Positions 1-13,996 of a stretch of DNA of 64,000 nucleotides are shown in pieces; positions within the stretch are counted from its first letter, which is position 1, and each line of letters begins with the position of its first letter. The DNA is from Cenococcum geophilum. Taxonomy: Eukaryota. The notes below the pieces were generated by a model. It saw nothing but the letters and a program-made list of their open reading frames with translations. It did no database searches and was not told the origin of the DNA. Location of the stretch: contig CP158635.1 in the NCBI GenBank assembly GCA_050273025.1, positions 6,510,001 to 6,574,000 of the forward strand, written 5' to 3'. The translations under genes were made by a program, and so were the position numbers.

Positions 1-3000
1 CGTCTGCTTGTGCATTTTCTATACCCTTAGTATACTAAATCTTAAAATGGTATTCTATAAGTATCTCCGCCTATCTAACCTATCTGCGATTAAGTTCTTT
101 CGTTATTAGGAACCCTGCTAGGTTCTTATAATCCGTCTTAACTATAAATAGTTTTTCTATACCTTATAAGAATAATCTCTATTCCTTTAGTGCTGTAACT
201 ATTCCTAATAACTCCTTGTTATAGATATTATAGTTTAGTTCTAGTGGTGTTATCTTCTAACTATAATATGCCACTAGGTGCCATCTATCTTTATATTTCT
301 ATAGAAAGTACGCTTTTAGTGCATAGTCTAATATATCTATTTCGACTACTATCTCTAGCTATAGTTAATAGATTTTAAGAACTGGCTCCTAGGTAAACAA
401 CTATTTAATTTTCTTAAATAGTCCTTTTTATTTCTCTCCCTATACCTATAGTTCTTCCTTTTTTATTAGTCTTATAAGTGGCTTAATGTCCTTTAACTAT
501 TAAGCTATAAACCTTTTATAGTAATTGCAGAACCCTAGAAATGACCTTAACTATATTATATTTTCTAGTTCTTGCTAATTTACTATAGCCTTAATCTTTT
601 TTAGATCTATACTAAGTTAGCCTAGTTTAATAATAAATTTAATAAAATCTGTCTTCCTAGTAAAGAACTCGCATTTTTTAATTACTACTAGTATCTATTC
701 TTCTTATAGTCTTTTTAAGACCTATTTAACGTGTTTCCTATATTCTTCCTTACTTATTAAGTAGATAATAATATTATTAAGGTATACCATAACAAATTTA
801 TCTAAATATTCTCTTAATATATTGTTAATACGCTTCTAAAACGTTGCTAGTGCGTTTATAAGCCTAAATTGCATAACTAGTAGTTTATATAGTTTTTCCT
901 TTAACCTAAAGGCTGCCTTTTATTCATTACCTTCCTTAATTCTAATTTAATAGTACGCCTATCTTAGATCTATCTTTGTAAAGATTTATACGTTGCCGAT
1001 CCTATCTTAGATTTCGCTAATTAAGGGTAAAGGATACCTATCCTTCCTAGTAATGCTATTTAACTATTTATAGTTAATATATAGTCTTAGTTTTCTATTC
1101 TTCTTTAGTACAAATAGTACTAGATATCCCGCTAATAATTGCGATAGTTTGATGTATCCCTTTTATAGATTTTCCTAGATAAACTCTTTTAGTGCTCTCC
1201 CTTTTTCTTTAGTAAGCTTATAGATTAAAAAGAACCTTAGACTTATTTCTAGTTTTAATTCTATCTTATAGTCCTATACTATATAATTTAATAACTTTTT
1301 ACTTTCCGGTAACTATAATTTTTTACTATACTTATAGTATCTTTCTGGTATATAGCTTAGTTCTTTTTCTATTTCTTTATAGATCGCCCCTACTTAGTAC
1401 TATACTATCTTGGCTTATTATCGCATCTTACGGCGTTATATATTATTAATATTAACTTAACCTATAACCTAATTAATCTTTAGATTATATTTCTATAACT
1501 AAGGTATTCCTAATACTGCCTTATTATTCCCTAATGGTAATATATTAAAAGATATCTTAATTTATCTCCCTTTAATAGTTATCTAAACTGGTCCTGTTTT
1601 AAGATTAATAATGCCTCCTCTATAGGCTATTAGATCTCCTAAAATCGTTACTAGTAGGTAAGAGTGCTCCTTTTGCCTATATAGTAGCCCCATCCTTTTA
1701 ACTACTATTAGTGAGATATGGTTTCGTATTACTCTACTATCTACTAACGCTTTAAACTGTTAATCTTGCTATTTAACTTTTAGGTTTAGGTATTGTCCTT
1801 AAATTCCTTTAAGGGTCTAAGGCTCTACTACTAGCTCCCTCTGGTCCTATAGGCCTCTACTTTTCCTAACTATTAGCTACTTAATCCTGTTATACTTAGC
1901 TCTTTCTTTAGCTAATACCTAGTTTGCTTTTTGTCTTTAATATACTATAAATAGGTATTCTCTAAACATTCCTACTATTATTATCCATCTAAGCATTCTT
2001 CTATAAGAAATCTTCCTAATTAAAGTATTAACTTTCCTTCCTCTTAGACTTCTGCTAGATGCTAGCTGTATATATACTTAGCATTTCTATACTATTATTT
2101 ATTTGTTATCTAATATATCCTTATAAAGTATTTCTAATTCTTTTCCTTTGGATTCTTATATATCTTATATATATCGTCTATATATATAATCTATAATAGC
2201 GTATAGTGTGCTAGGTACTTTAGGTTAACTCTTAGCTTGTATTTATCCTTAAGTTTAAACCTTTATCGTGCTAATCTAAACGTTATAACCTTATTTATAG
2301 GTACTAAGATGCGCCTCTTACTTCTCTAGTCCTCTAATCGTTCCTCCAGATCTTTTAATATTATAATTAAGGCTCCCTTAATATAATTTATTACTTTTTC
2401 CGTAATTAGGTGGTCTTAGATAACTTTTTCGTCCAACTATATATAGAAATCTTCCCACTTATTATTATGTCGTTGCCTATACTACTTTTAGTATAGCTGC
2501 TAGAGTATGCACGGTTTATCCGTAAGGAAGTATCTTCTTATTACTACGTTATAATAGCCTTTTATATGTCGTTCCTTAAACCTAGTAGGGATCCCTAAAT
2601 CCTCTTTATTTTCCAGTTTAGTAAGCCACTTAGCTCTTAATATGCCTATTCTTAGCCTATTAGTAATTCTTTATATAGGTGCTCTGTCCCTTATATAACC
2701 TAGTATACTAAATCTTATATCTAGTTTCTTTTCTTATTATATAATAATTCTTGCTCTAAACTCGTCTATAGTTTTTTATTATTTACGTCTTATAATTAGA
2801 TCCTTAAAGTTCTCTTACTTCTTAATCGCTGTATTAACTTTTTAATCTTTAGGTTAAACACTATATTTACCTAGTAAGTCCTCTAGGTTTATATATCTAT
2901 CTCCTAGTCTAATTGCTGTTTATACTATAGATTCTCTAATCTATAAAGAAGCCCCTTGCCTCTTACTTATAGGTATCCTAATTTATACTCTAAATTCTTA

Positions 3001-5355
3001 ATCCCTTAGATTCTTTAATCCTAAGCTTACTTCTTTCTTAAGCTGCGCTCCAGCCTTAGTCTAACTAGGCTTTATTAGTGTCCTTATCTTATCTTAAGAG
3101 TTCTAGATCTTACTTATCTCGTTTTAAAAGTCTTATACCTTTAGGAAACTTCATCCTAAGCTTATTTATATATCGCTAAACTAAGCTATTGCTCTATCTT
3201 ATTGGTTTTTCGTCCATTATGGGCCCTTATGCGTGCCTTATCTTATCTTAAGAATCTTAGTTATCTCTTATCTTGTCTTAAGAATCTTAAGCCTTTAGCC
3301 TTTTGCCTTTATTAAGTGGTAAGCTAGTACTAGTAGTTGTTTACTTACTTAATTGTTTCTAGATATTACTCCTTCCGTCTTATAAAGCAATAGATACTAT
3401 ATCTAACGGTGTTATAATACCTATTACTAAACCTTGCTCTATAGCGGTTTTAGTCTCTACTTCTATTACGTTATTAAGGTTTAGATACCCCTAGTTAGTT
3501 TCTTTACTATCCTTATTGCTATTAATTAATAAGTACTCTAACTCCATTGTTATTATTACTAATTATTATCCGTATATTACTGTAATATCTTAATCTAGCT
3601 TATAGAGTTGATCTTATTCTTTATCTAACTCTTTAGTTTCTTTAAGTCCTTTTAACTCTAGCTCTTATAGCTAATAGCTTGCACTATACTTAGCGTCTTT
3701 ATAAATTTAGTATGCGTTATTATAATAAAACGTAAAACTTCTAATTAAATATTCTTTTATTCCTTATAGTATACTATTATCCCTTTATACGTGTATATTA
3801 TATACTATTAGTCTAGTTCCCTTTACTATATAATAACTCTAACTACTTCTATAATCTCTAGCGAAATAACTTTATTTTTTATAATTTATATAAGCTCTAT
3901 CTTTAAACTATTACTTTTGCTATAGAGTCCGCTTAAACGTCTTCCGCTATTAAGATCCTTAGTTTAGCCTATACTTCTTAGTCCTATAATTACTTAATCC
4001 TTAACTTCTAGGTTTCTATAGTTGCTTTCCCTATCTCTTATAGGTTTCTTTAGTACCGCTTAGGTCTATTAGCTCTACGCCATATTATAGTTTCTAATTT
4101 GGCTTTAGTTATTATATACTTTACGTCTTATATAACTATAGAACTCTATCCTAGCCCTTTTTAGCCTATTCCCTTTAGAAGATCCTATTATTAATTTTAA
4201 TCGCTTAATCTATTAATTCCCTAAGGGTGTCTATATCTTTTATTAGAATAATTACGTCCTAGACTTTAGCCTTAAGTCCCTATTTATACTATGCTATAAG
4301 CGCCTTATTATTCCATTTAACCTATATAGTAAGTATTTAAAACTATATTATATACTTAATTACTAAAGTTCGCTATATTAGGTCCTAAAGCTTTCTCTTT
4401 ACTATAGTTATTGCTTCCGGGTCCCTAAATATCTATATTAATTATTCCGCGAATCCTACCTAGCTAAAAAAACACAAATTGTACCTCTTAATTGGTAGTT
4501 ATTATTCTATTAGTCTGTATTTCTATTAAGTAGGGTTTAAACTATTTAAGTGCTTATCCTGTTAGGAATAGTCCTACGTAGGCTATTTAATCTATTATTG
4601 TGGCTAACTTGGCCCCTTTTTATATAACTTTAAAATATATTTACGTTAGAAATCCTTTAAGCTTTAATCTTTCTCCTAAGAATTGTTTAATTAATAGTAA
4701 CTTAACCTTTACTACTCTAATTCTATTAAGTCTTTCTTTAAGTATTTAGTTGTTCTTATTTAACCTATTAATAATTTCCTATAACTGCCCAACCGTAACT
4801 GTTTATAAGTTAGTATCTTATATACTTATATCTCTACTTAACCTTAAAGTAGTTACTACCGTTAACGGCGTTATAGTGGCTGCTTTTAGTGGTATGTTAT
4901 TTAACTTATTAAAACCATAACTATAGTAGTAATTATATAACGGAGCCTTGTAGTAGGAACTACGGTGGACTTATTAATAGGCTAGGTATATAGGTATTAT
5001 AAGTAAGTTAATAACGTAATAATAACTGGTGGAGTGGTTGCCTAATAGATTAACTCTAATTGTATTCTAAGAATTACTATAAGGAAGAAACTATCTAGGT
5101 AGGGACTAAGGGTCCTTAAATATATAACTGTACTCCTATAAATCCTCCTTATACGTAATGTACGTGTTGTACATAAGGTACATAAGTTCCTCTCGTTCCT
5201 CGCGTTCACTACGTAGCACGTCATGTGACCTTAGCTACTATTCCTCGTCGTATGGTTCCACGGGTTCCATCCTAGACCGTGCTTATATTAACTAACTAGC
5301 TTCTTCTAACTCTTCTCCAAGTAGTCGTAACATTGTACTTAAAGCGTTTGTAATA
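1..5355 (-). mobile_element. Ty3/Gypsy LTR retrotransposon, family A, copy A1 (RIP-degraded; 3' part outside window), inserted about 10 bp into the LTR of A'
   Basis: The minus strand reads RT 'VYL(D)(D)IIIY' at ~760-790 and a protease-like 'ALVDSR/GVIRNHIS' at ~1715-1755. The region is colinear with copy A2, and the 5' LTR lies at 4936-5355. Sequence after 5355 resumes the A' LTR lacking its first ~10 bp. Confidence 0.92.
4936..5355 (-). repeat. 5' LTR of A1
   Basis: Begins t(a/g)taacgg and ends tgtaa(t/c)a. Homologous to the LTRs at 6467, 13997, 41161 and 48691. Confidence 0.9.
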
Positions 5356-5748
5356 CTTATAGCAGGAACTACGGTAAACTTGTTAATAGGCTAGGTATAT
5401 AAATAAATAAGAAGTCAATAACGTAATAATAACTGGTGGAGTAGTTGCCTAATAGATTAACTCTAATTATATTCTAAGATTTACTATAAAGAAGAGAACT
5501 ATCTAAGTAGGGACTGTAGTCCTTTAAATATATAATACTGCGCTTAAGGAATACTTAAGTATATAAGGTATATAAGTAGACCTTATAGATCTTACAAATT
5601 AACAGATCTTCTTCTGTGATTTATTATATAACTTAGCTACCCCTTATCCTATAGCTTAACTAGTTCTAGCACCTCCTATACTTCCACTACTAGTCTATTT
5701 ATATCTCTTTTTAGTAGTGCTACTACTGCTAATATAAGGTCCGTAACA
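5356..5748 (-). repeat. 3' LTR of A' (truncated by the A1 insertion)
   Basis: Matches ~30836-31246 and ends ggtccgtaaca. Confidence 0.88.
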
Positions 5749-5781
5749 CTATCTCCTATCTCTAAGTCGTTTATTAGAGGT

Positions 5782-6466
5782 ATGGCATTCCCGTCTTTAA
5801 TTTAATAACCTTTATTATTACTTATTATACCTAAGGCAACTTCTTCCTCTTCTATAAATTGTTGTAACCGTATAGTGCTTAAAATCCTATCCCTTAGTAA
5901 AGTCATACCTTTATATTCCTGTTATGTGGAGAAGAAGTTAGTATATATTACGATTGCGGCTCTATCTAGTCGCTAACCTTCTTCCTGCGCTAAATGTACG
6001 AAGTTAAACATATGGTTATTCTGCAATATTTAGTCTGTGTCTAATGCTAAGTATATATATCTTATTAGTCTTTAAAGTCTCTAACTTTCTTATCTAATCT
6101 ATTATAGGGTCCTGTGTTTAATCTAAGGCTAAGAAGCTTAAGGCCTCTCTTATTACAGCTATAATAAACTCTATTATTCCTTTAAAGAGTTTACTCATCT
6201 CCTAAAAGCCTAGCGCTGTGCCTTTAAGCTTTATTAAACTGCGTTCGCTTAGTTAGTCCATCTTAAGAAGGTTTGCGAGAAGGTACGCTTTAAAGAGTAC
6301 CGCTTAGTTAAGTAAGGTCTTTATAAGCTTAAAGCTAAGGAGGCCAAAAAGGATTCTAATTAAGAAGAGGCGGAAACAGCTTATACGTCGGTAGTAAATC
6401 CCTTAGATAATTTGGCTTATCTATTACCTTTAACTAATCTCTTTATCTTTAGCTCCTTCTTAATAT
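5782..6466 (+). pseudogene. Antisense accessory ORF relic of A': Zn(II)2Cys6-like cluster plus putative coiled coil
   Basis: ATG at 5782. After reversing RIP changes the frame reads approximately MPSCSRCAEKKLVCIAIAAPSSRQPSSCAECTKSNMRSSCDV. The end coordinate is approximate. Confidence 0.55.
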
Positions 6467-6892
6467 TATAACGGAACCTTATAGCAAGAACTACAATAGG
6501 TTTGTCAATAGGCTAGGTATATAGGAAATGTAAGTACAAAAGTCAACAACGTAATAACAACTGGTGGAGTGGTTGCCCAACAAATTAACTCTAATTATAT
6601 TCTAAGAATTACTATAAGAAAGGAACTATCTAGGTAGGGATTAAGGGTCCTTAAATACACAACCGTACTCCTATAAAATCCTTCTTATATATAATATACG
6701 TCTTATCTATATTAAACGTGGCGTCCCTTACGTTTAACGCAGCTAATACGTTCAACTATTATATAACTCGCTTACTATTCCTCGTTATATAGTGCCACGG
6801 GTTTTATTCCAGCCCGTGCTTATATTAACTAACTAGCTTCTTTTAACTCCTCTCCTAGTAGTTATAATATTGTACTTAAAGCGTCCGTAACA
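6467..6892 (-). repeat. 3' LTR of A2
   Basis: Direct repeat of 13997-14422, followed by the PPT complement ctatctcccttct. Confidence 0.95.
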
Positions 6893-6958
6893 CTATCTCC
6901 CTTCTCTTTATCTTCGTCCTTAAAGATACCTAGTATCTCTAGGTCATTTACTAGAGGT

Positions 6959-7640
6959 ATAATATCTATCTAATTAATTTAGTTAACATTATTGCTTATT
7001 ATACCTAAAGTAATTTCTTCTCTTTTTTAGGTTAAGCGTCGCCTTTATACCATCTCCTTAATACTATTACTAGGTAAAGTAATAGCAATCCCTTACTCTT
7101 ATTATGCGAAAGAGGGGTTAAGTTATATTATAATTGTAAGTCCTTCCAGTTACTAACCTTCCTCTTGCTTTAAATACACTTATACTAATATACGTTTATT
7201 ATATAACGTTTATTTTACGTCTAATACTAAATATACGCAACTTATTACTCTTAATAGTCGTTTAGTTCCCTAATTAATTTGTCTTAGGGTCTTATATTTA
7301 ATCCACTGCTATAAAACTTAATAGTAAGCTGGCCTCTACACTGCTTACAGTTTAGCGTGCCTTAAAAGAGTCTATATATATCCTTAAAGCCTAACATCTA
7401 GCTTATACTCGTCTTTAGCGTTTAAAACGTGTCTATAAGAAAGTTTATTTAAAGGAGTGGAAACTTATTTAATAAGGTCTATAAGAACTAGGTAATAAAA
7501 GAACGGATTCTCTTCTAATAGAGAAGGAAATAAATCCAAGTAGTTTAGCAACTGCTCTTCTTAGGTCCCCCTTAGGTAACTTATTCTTTAGCAATTCCTC
7601 CTTATTAATGCTACCTAACCTAATCTCTTCTAATACTCCT
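6959..7640 (+). pseudogene. Antisense Zn2Cys6-like accessory ORF relic of A2
   Basis: Homologous to 5782-6466 and 41653-42330. De-RIPped consensus reads PCSRCAKEGLSCVVIASPSSRQPSSCSECTRANMRSSCDV. Ends are approximate. Confidence 0.5.
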
Positions 7641-10600
7641 ATACCTTTCCTATAGCGTTCTTTAAATTCTCTAGTAGCTCCTAGGTAGTCTTAGTATAGC
7701 CTATCTACTTAACCTTGTACTATATTTTATTGTTAATATCCTTATAATTAATAATCTTCGAAACTTACTATTTGTCTTCTTCTTATCCTTTATACATGTC
7801 TACTTTATAGACCGGTGGCTTAATATTTCTATATACTGGCTCTAGCATTACGATATACTGTATAGGGTAGATCTTTATTTTAGCTAGTAGGTTTAACTTA
7901 AATGTAACTAGTGAAATCCTTTATGTAATTTTAAAAGGTCCTAGTCTAACATAGTCCAATTTCTTGCTTAATTATTAATGCTTAAAATTTTTATATAGTA
8001 GCCATACTTTATCTCCCTCCTTAAGATCTAGTCCTTTAGATCTCTTAGTATTATAATACCTTTTTATTCTCTCTTATACTTTCTTTACTAATTCTATAAG
8101 GTCTATATAAAGATTTATTAATATCTTTATTCTCTCTTTAGCTATACTACTTATCTTCTTTACTTACTATAGTAACAGTAATATTCTCGGCTTATATCTA
8201 TAATTTGCCTTAAATAGTAATATGCCTATCCCTTTTTAGGGTATTGCATTATATGTAAACTATATAACTAGTAATAGCAATACCTAATTATTCTGTATAT
8301 AATTAACATAATACCTTAGGTACTACTCTAGCGTCTAATTTAACCTTTCCGTCTAACCGTCTATCTGTAGATAATATATAGTAAAAGTTGCTGCTTAAAC
8401 TCTTTACTCCGCTAAGAACACTTCCTAAAATACTGCTATAAATCTTAGATCTCTATCCGATATAATCTTGCTTAGTGCTCTATATTTTATAAATACTTCC
8501 TTAATATAGATTCTAGCGACATCTTCCACTGAGATTTCTTCTATGCATGCTATAAAGTATCCCTACTTTATAAGCTTATCTACTATTACTAAAATTACGT
8601 TATAATCTTATTCGGTAATAGGGTCTTTTAATTTTGATAACTTAATAATAAAGTCCTATAATATAACCTCCTATAGTCTCTTTAGTATTTTAACAGGTTA
8701 TAGCCCTCCGTATAGCTTATACCTTATTAGTTTATTCCTTTAGTAATTTAAACATTCCTTTATAACCTTTTTAGTTATCCTCTAAATTCCGTCAATAATA
8801 TACTCCTCCTAGAGTCTTAATACTAAGCCCGTAGCTCTATTATATCCTTAGGTTAGTCCCTTATAGAAGTCCTCTATAAACTACTCTGCTATACTTCTTA
8901 GGATATACTTTACTTCCCGATTTTTATATATATCCGTCTATAGATCTTCTAGCTGTACTTTTAGAATTCTTTATACCCAAAAGCTTTTTAGTATCTTGTA
9001 GACTTTCTCTAGTTTATCGTCTTCTTAAGTTGTTACAATTTTCGGATAATTATACCTAATTAATCCGTCTATATCTTTTCGCAATAAAGCCCCTAATAGC
9101 TTTTCCTTATTCTATAGTTTAGCTTTACGGCTTAGAGCATCTGCCCGCGTATTATCTATACCTTTAGTATACTAAATCTTAAAATAGTATTCCGTAAGTA
9201 TCTCTACCTATCTAACCTATCTTTAGTTAAGTTCCTTTGTTATTAGGAATCCTATTAGGTTTTTATAATCTATCTTAACTATAAATGGTTTCTCTATACC
9301 TTATAAGAATGCTCTCTATTTCTTTAATGCTGCAACTATACCTAATAACTCCTTATTATAGATGTTATAGTTTAACTCCGGTAGTGTTATCTTCCGACTA
9401 TAGTATACTACTAGGTGCTATCCATCTTAATGCCTTTATATAAAGCACGCCCCTAGTATATAGTCTAATGCATCTGTTTCTATAACCGTCTTTAGTCCTA
9501 ATTAATAGATCTTAAGAACTGGCTCCTAGGTAAATAACTCTTTAACTTTCTTAAAGAGTTCTCTTTACTCCTCTCCCTATGCCTATAGTTCTTCTTTCTT
9601 TATTAACCGCGTAAATGGCTTAATGTCCTTTAACTATTGCGCTATAAACCTTCTACAATAATTGCAAAACTCTAGAAACGATCTTAACTATATAACGTTC
9701 TCTAGTTCCTGCCAATTCACTATAGCCTTAATCTTCTTTAAATCTATACTAAGTTAGCCTAGTTTAATAATAAATCTAATAAAATCGGTTTTCCTAGTAA
9801 AGAACTTGTATTTCTTAATTGCTACTAGTATCTGTTCTTCTTATAGTCTCTTTAAAACCCATTTAACGTGTTCCCTATATTCTTCCTTAGTTATTAAGTA
9901 GATAATAATATTGTTAAGATATACTATAACAAATTCATCTAAGTATTCTCCTAATACATTGTTAATACGCTTTTAGAATATTACTAGTGCGTTTATAAGC
10001 CTAAATTATATAACTAATAGTTTATATAGTCCTTCCTTTAACCTAAAGGCTGCCTTCTATTTATTGCCTTCCTTAATCCTAATCTAATAGTATGCCTATC
10101 TTAGATCTATCTTTATAAAGATTTGCGCATTGCCTATCCTATCTTAGATTTCGCTAATTAAGGGTAAAGGATACCTATCCTTCCTAGTGATACTATTTAA
10201 CTGTCTATAGTTAATATATAGCCTTAGTTTACTATTCTTCTTTAGTACGAATAGTACTAGATAACCCGCTAATAACTGCGATAGTCTAATATATCCCTTT
10301 TATAGATTTTCCTAAATAAACTCTTTTAACGCTCTACCTTCTTCTTTAGTAAGCTTATAGATTGGAAAAAACCTTAGACTTATTCCTGGTTCTAATTCTA
10401 TTTTATAGTCCTATACTATATATTCTAATAGTTTTTTACTTTCCGGTGACCATAGTTTCTTACTATACTTATAGTATCTCTTTAGTATATAGCTTAGTCC
10501 TTTTTCTATTTCTTTATAGGTTGCTCCTACTTAGTACTATACCATTTTGGCTTATTATTGCATCTTATGGCGTTAAGTATCTCTAATATTGACCTAACCT

Positions 10601-13600
10601 ATAATCTAATTAATCCTTAGATTGTATTCCTATAACTAAGGCATGCCTAATACTGCCTTATCCCGTCCCAATGGTAGGATATTAAAAGATATCTTAATTT
10701 ATTTTCCTTTAATAGTTATCTAAATAGGTCCTGTTTTAAGATTAATAATCCCTCCTCTGTAAGTTATTGGATCTCCTAAAATTATAACTAATAGGTAAGG
10801 TTGCTCCTTTTATCTATAAGGTAGTCCCATTCTCTTAACTGCTGCTAGTAAGATATAGTTTCGCGTTACTCTACTATCTATTAGCGCTTTAAACTACTAA
10901 TCTTACTAATTAATTCGTAAATTTAGGTATTATCCTTAAATTCCTTTAAGGGTCTAAGGCTCTACTACTGGCTCCCTCTAGTCCTATAGGCCTCTACTTT
11001 TCCTAACTATTAGCTGCTTAATCCTAGTGTACTTAGCTCGCTCTTTAGCCAATGCCTAGTTTGCTTTTTATCTTTAATATACTATAAACACATATTTTCT
11101 AGGCATTCCCACTACTATTGTCTATCTAAGCATTCTTCTATAAGGAATCTTCCTAGTTAAAGTACTAAGCTTCCTTCCTCTTAGACCTTTATTAGATACC
11201 ATCTATGCATATATTTGGCATTCCTATACTATTACTTGTCCGTTATCCAGTATATCCTTATAGGGTATTTCCGATTCTTTTTTTTTAGATTCTTATGCAT
11301 TTTATATATATTGTCTACGCACGCAATCTATAATATTATATAGTGTACTAGGTGCTTTAGGTTAACTCTTAGCTTATCTTTATTCCTAAGTTTAAACCTT
11401 TATTATACTAATCTAAATATTATAACTTTATTTATAGGTACTAAGATGCGTCTCTCGCTTCTCTAGTCCTCTAAACATTCCTCTAAATCCTTTAATGTTA
11501 TAATTAAGGCTCCTTTAATATACGTTATAGCCTTCTCTATAATTAGGTGGTTCTAGATAACTTTTTTATCTAACTATATATAGAAATCTTCCTACTTATT
11601 ACTGTGTCGTTGTCTATACTACTTTTAGTATAGCTACTAAAGTATATATGGTCTATCCGTAAAGAAATATCTCTTTATTACTGCGTTATAATAGCCTTTA
11701 GTATATCATTCCTTAAACCTAGTAAGAATCCCTAAATCCTCTTCTTATTCCAGTTTAGTAAGCCACTTAGCTCTTAGTATGCCTACTCTCGGCCTATTAG
11801 TAATTCTTTATACTAGTACTCTATCCTTTATACATCCTAATATACTAGATCTTTTATCTAGTTTCTATTCTTACTATGCAATAATTCTTTACCTAAACTC
11901 TTTTATAGTTTCTTTTAGTTTACGCCTTACGCTCTAATCCTTAAAGTTATCTTGCTTCTTAATCTTAGTATTAACTTTTTAATCTTTAGGCTAAACGCTA
12001 TACTCCCCTGGTAAGTCTTCTGGGTTTATATACCTATCTCCTAGTCTAATTACTATTTATGCCGCAGATTCTCTAATCTATAAAAAAGCTTCTAGCCTCT
12101 TATTTATGGGTGTCCTAATTTATACCCCAAATTCTTAACCCCTTAGATTCTTTAATCCCAAGCTTGCTTCTAACTTAAGCTTAGCTCCTACCTTAGTTTA
12201 ACTAGGCTTAACTAGTGTCCTTATCTTATCTTAAGAGTCCTAGATCTTACTTATCTCGTCTTAAAAATCTTATACTGTTAGGAATTCTTATCCCAAGCTT
12301 ATTCGTATATCTTTAAACTAAGCTATTGCTCTACTCTATTAGTTTCTGTCTGTTATGGGTCCTTAAGCTTACCTTATCTTATCTTAAGAATCTTAGTCGT
12401 CTTTTATCTTATCTTAAGAATCTTAAGCCTTTGGCCTTTTGCCTTTATTAAGTACTAAAGTAGTTCGCTATCCTACTTCTCTTATATCTTGTAAAGCGAT
12501 AGACATCGTGTCTAGTGGGGTTTTAATCCCTACTAATGTTCCTTATTCTATAATAGAATTATCCTCTACCTCTAGTATAATATCTCTAAGGTCTACTCAC
12601 TCCTAGTAAGCGGCCCTTATTACCTTATTATTACAGAATATTTCGCCTAGGTTAAATTTATTATCCTTAATATCCGATCTGTAAACTAGTTTATTAGTTC
12701 CTCTATATCCTATAGGTGCTAGCTCTTATAGCTAATAGCTTACGCTATACTTAGCGTCCTTATAAATTTGGCATGCGTTATTATAATAAAACACAAAACT
12801 TCTAATTAAACATTCTTTTGTTCCTCGTAGTATATTATTATCCCTTTATACGTATATATCGTCTACTAGTCTTATACCCTTTACTATATAGTAACTCTAC
12901 CTACTTCTATAGTCTCTAATATAATAACCCTATTTTCCGTAATTTATATAAGCTCCTTCTTTAAACCATTTCTCTTATTATAGAGTCCGCCTAAATGTCT
13001 TCTACTATTAAGATCCCTAATTCGGCCTCTGCTCCTTAGACCTTTAATTACTTAATCCTTGTCCTTTAGGTTTCTATAGTTTACTCCCTTTCTTATAGGC
13101 TTCTTTAGTACCACTTAGGTCTATTAGCTCTGCGCTATACCATAGTTTCTAACTTAGCTTTTATTATTATGTACTCTACGCCTTATATAACTATGGAACT
13201 CTATTCTAGCCTCTCTTAGCCTATTCCCTTTAGTAGATTTAATTGTTAATCTTAATCGCCTAATCTATTAGATCCCTTAGGGTATCCGCATCTTCTATTA
13301 GGATAATTATGTCCTAGACTTTAGCCTTAAGTCCCTGTTTATACTATGCTATAAGCGCCCTATTATTCCACTCTACTTATATTACTAGTGTCTAGAACTA
13401 TATTATGTACTTAATTACTAAAGTTTATTATATAAGGTTCTGGAGTTTTTTTTCCGCTATAGTTATTTCTTCTAGGTCTCTAAATATCTATATAAGTTAT
13501 TCTACAAATCCTTCCTAACTTAAGAATATAAATCGCACGTCTTAGTTAGTGGTTATTATTTTATTTACCTATATCTCTATAAAGTAAGGTTTAAACTACT

Positions 13601-13953
13601 TAAGTGCTTTTCCTAATAAAAATAGTCCTGCGTAGGCTATCCGATCCACAGGTATAGGTAACTTTACTCCCTCCTATAAGACCTTAAAGTATATCTGCGT
13701 AAGGAATCCCTTAAGCTTTAACCTCTCTCCTATAAATCTCTTAATTAATAATAGCTTAATCTTTACTACTCCTATCCTATTAAGTCTTTCTTCTAATACT
13801 ATATTATTAGCTGTTAGCTAGTTAACTATTTCCTATAGCTATCCGACCGTTATAGGTTACTATAAGTTAGTATCCGCCATACTAGTATTACCTCCTATCC
13901 TTAAAGTAGTTACTGCCGTTAATAGCGTTATAGTAGCTGCTTTTAGTAGTATA
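7640..13953 (-). pseudogene. gag-pol relic of A2 (CCHC knuckle ~12910-12960, protease ~10860, RT ~9900, RNase H, integrase, chromodomain ~7640-7770)
   Basis: Motifs read through RIP stops: C-x2-C-x4-H-x4-C, ALIDSG, YL(D)(D)IIIY, and WYKVKW.GY...TWE..ENL. Confidence 0.85.
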
Positions 13954-13996
13954 TTATTCAACTTCTTATATTAATACTATAACTAGGTAGTAATTA

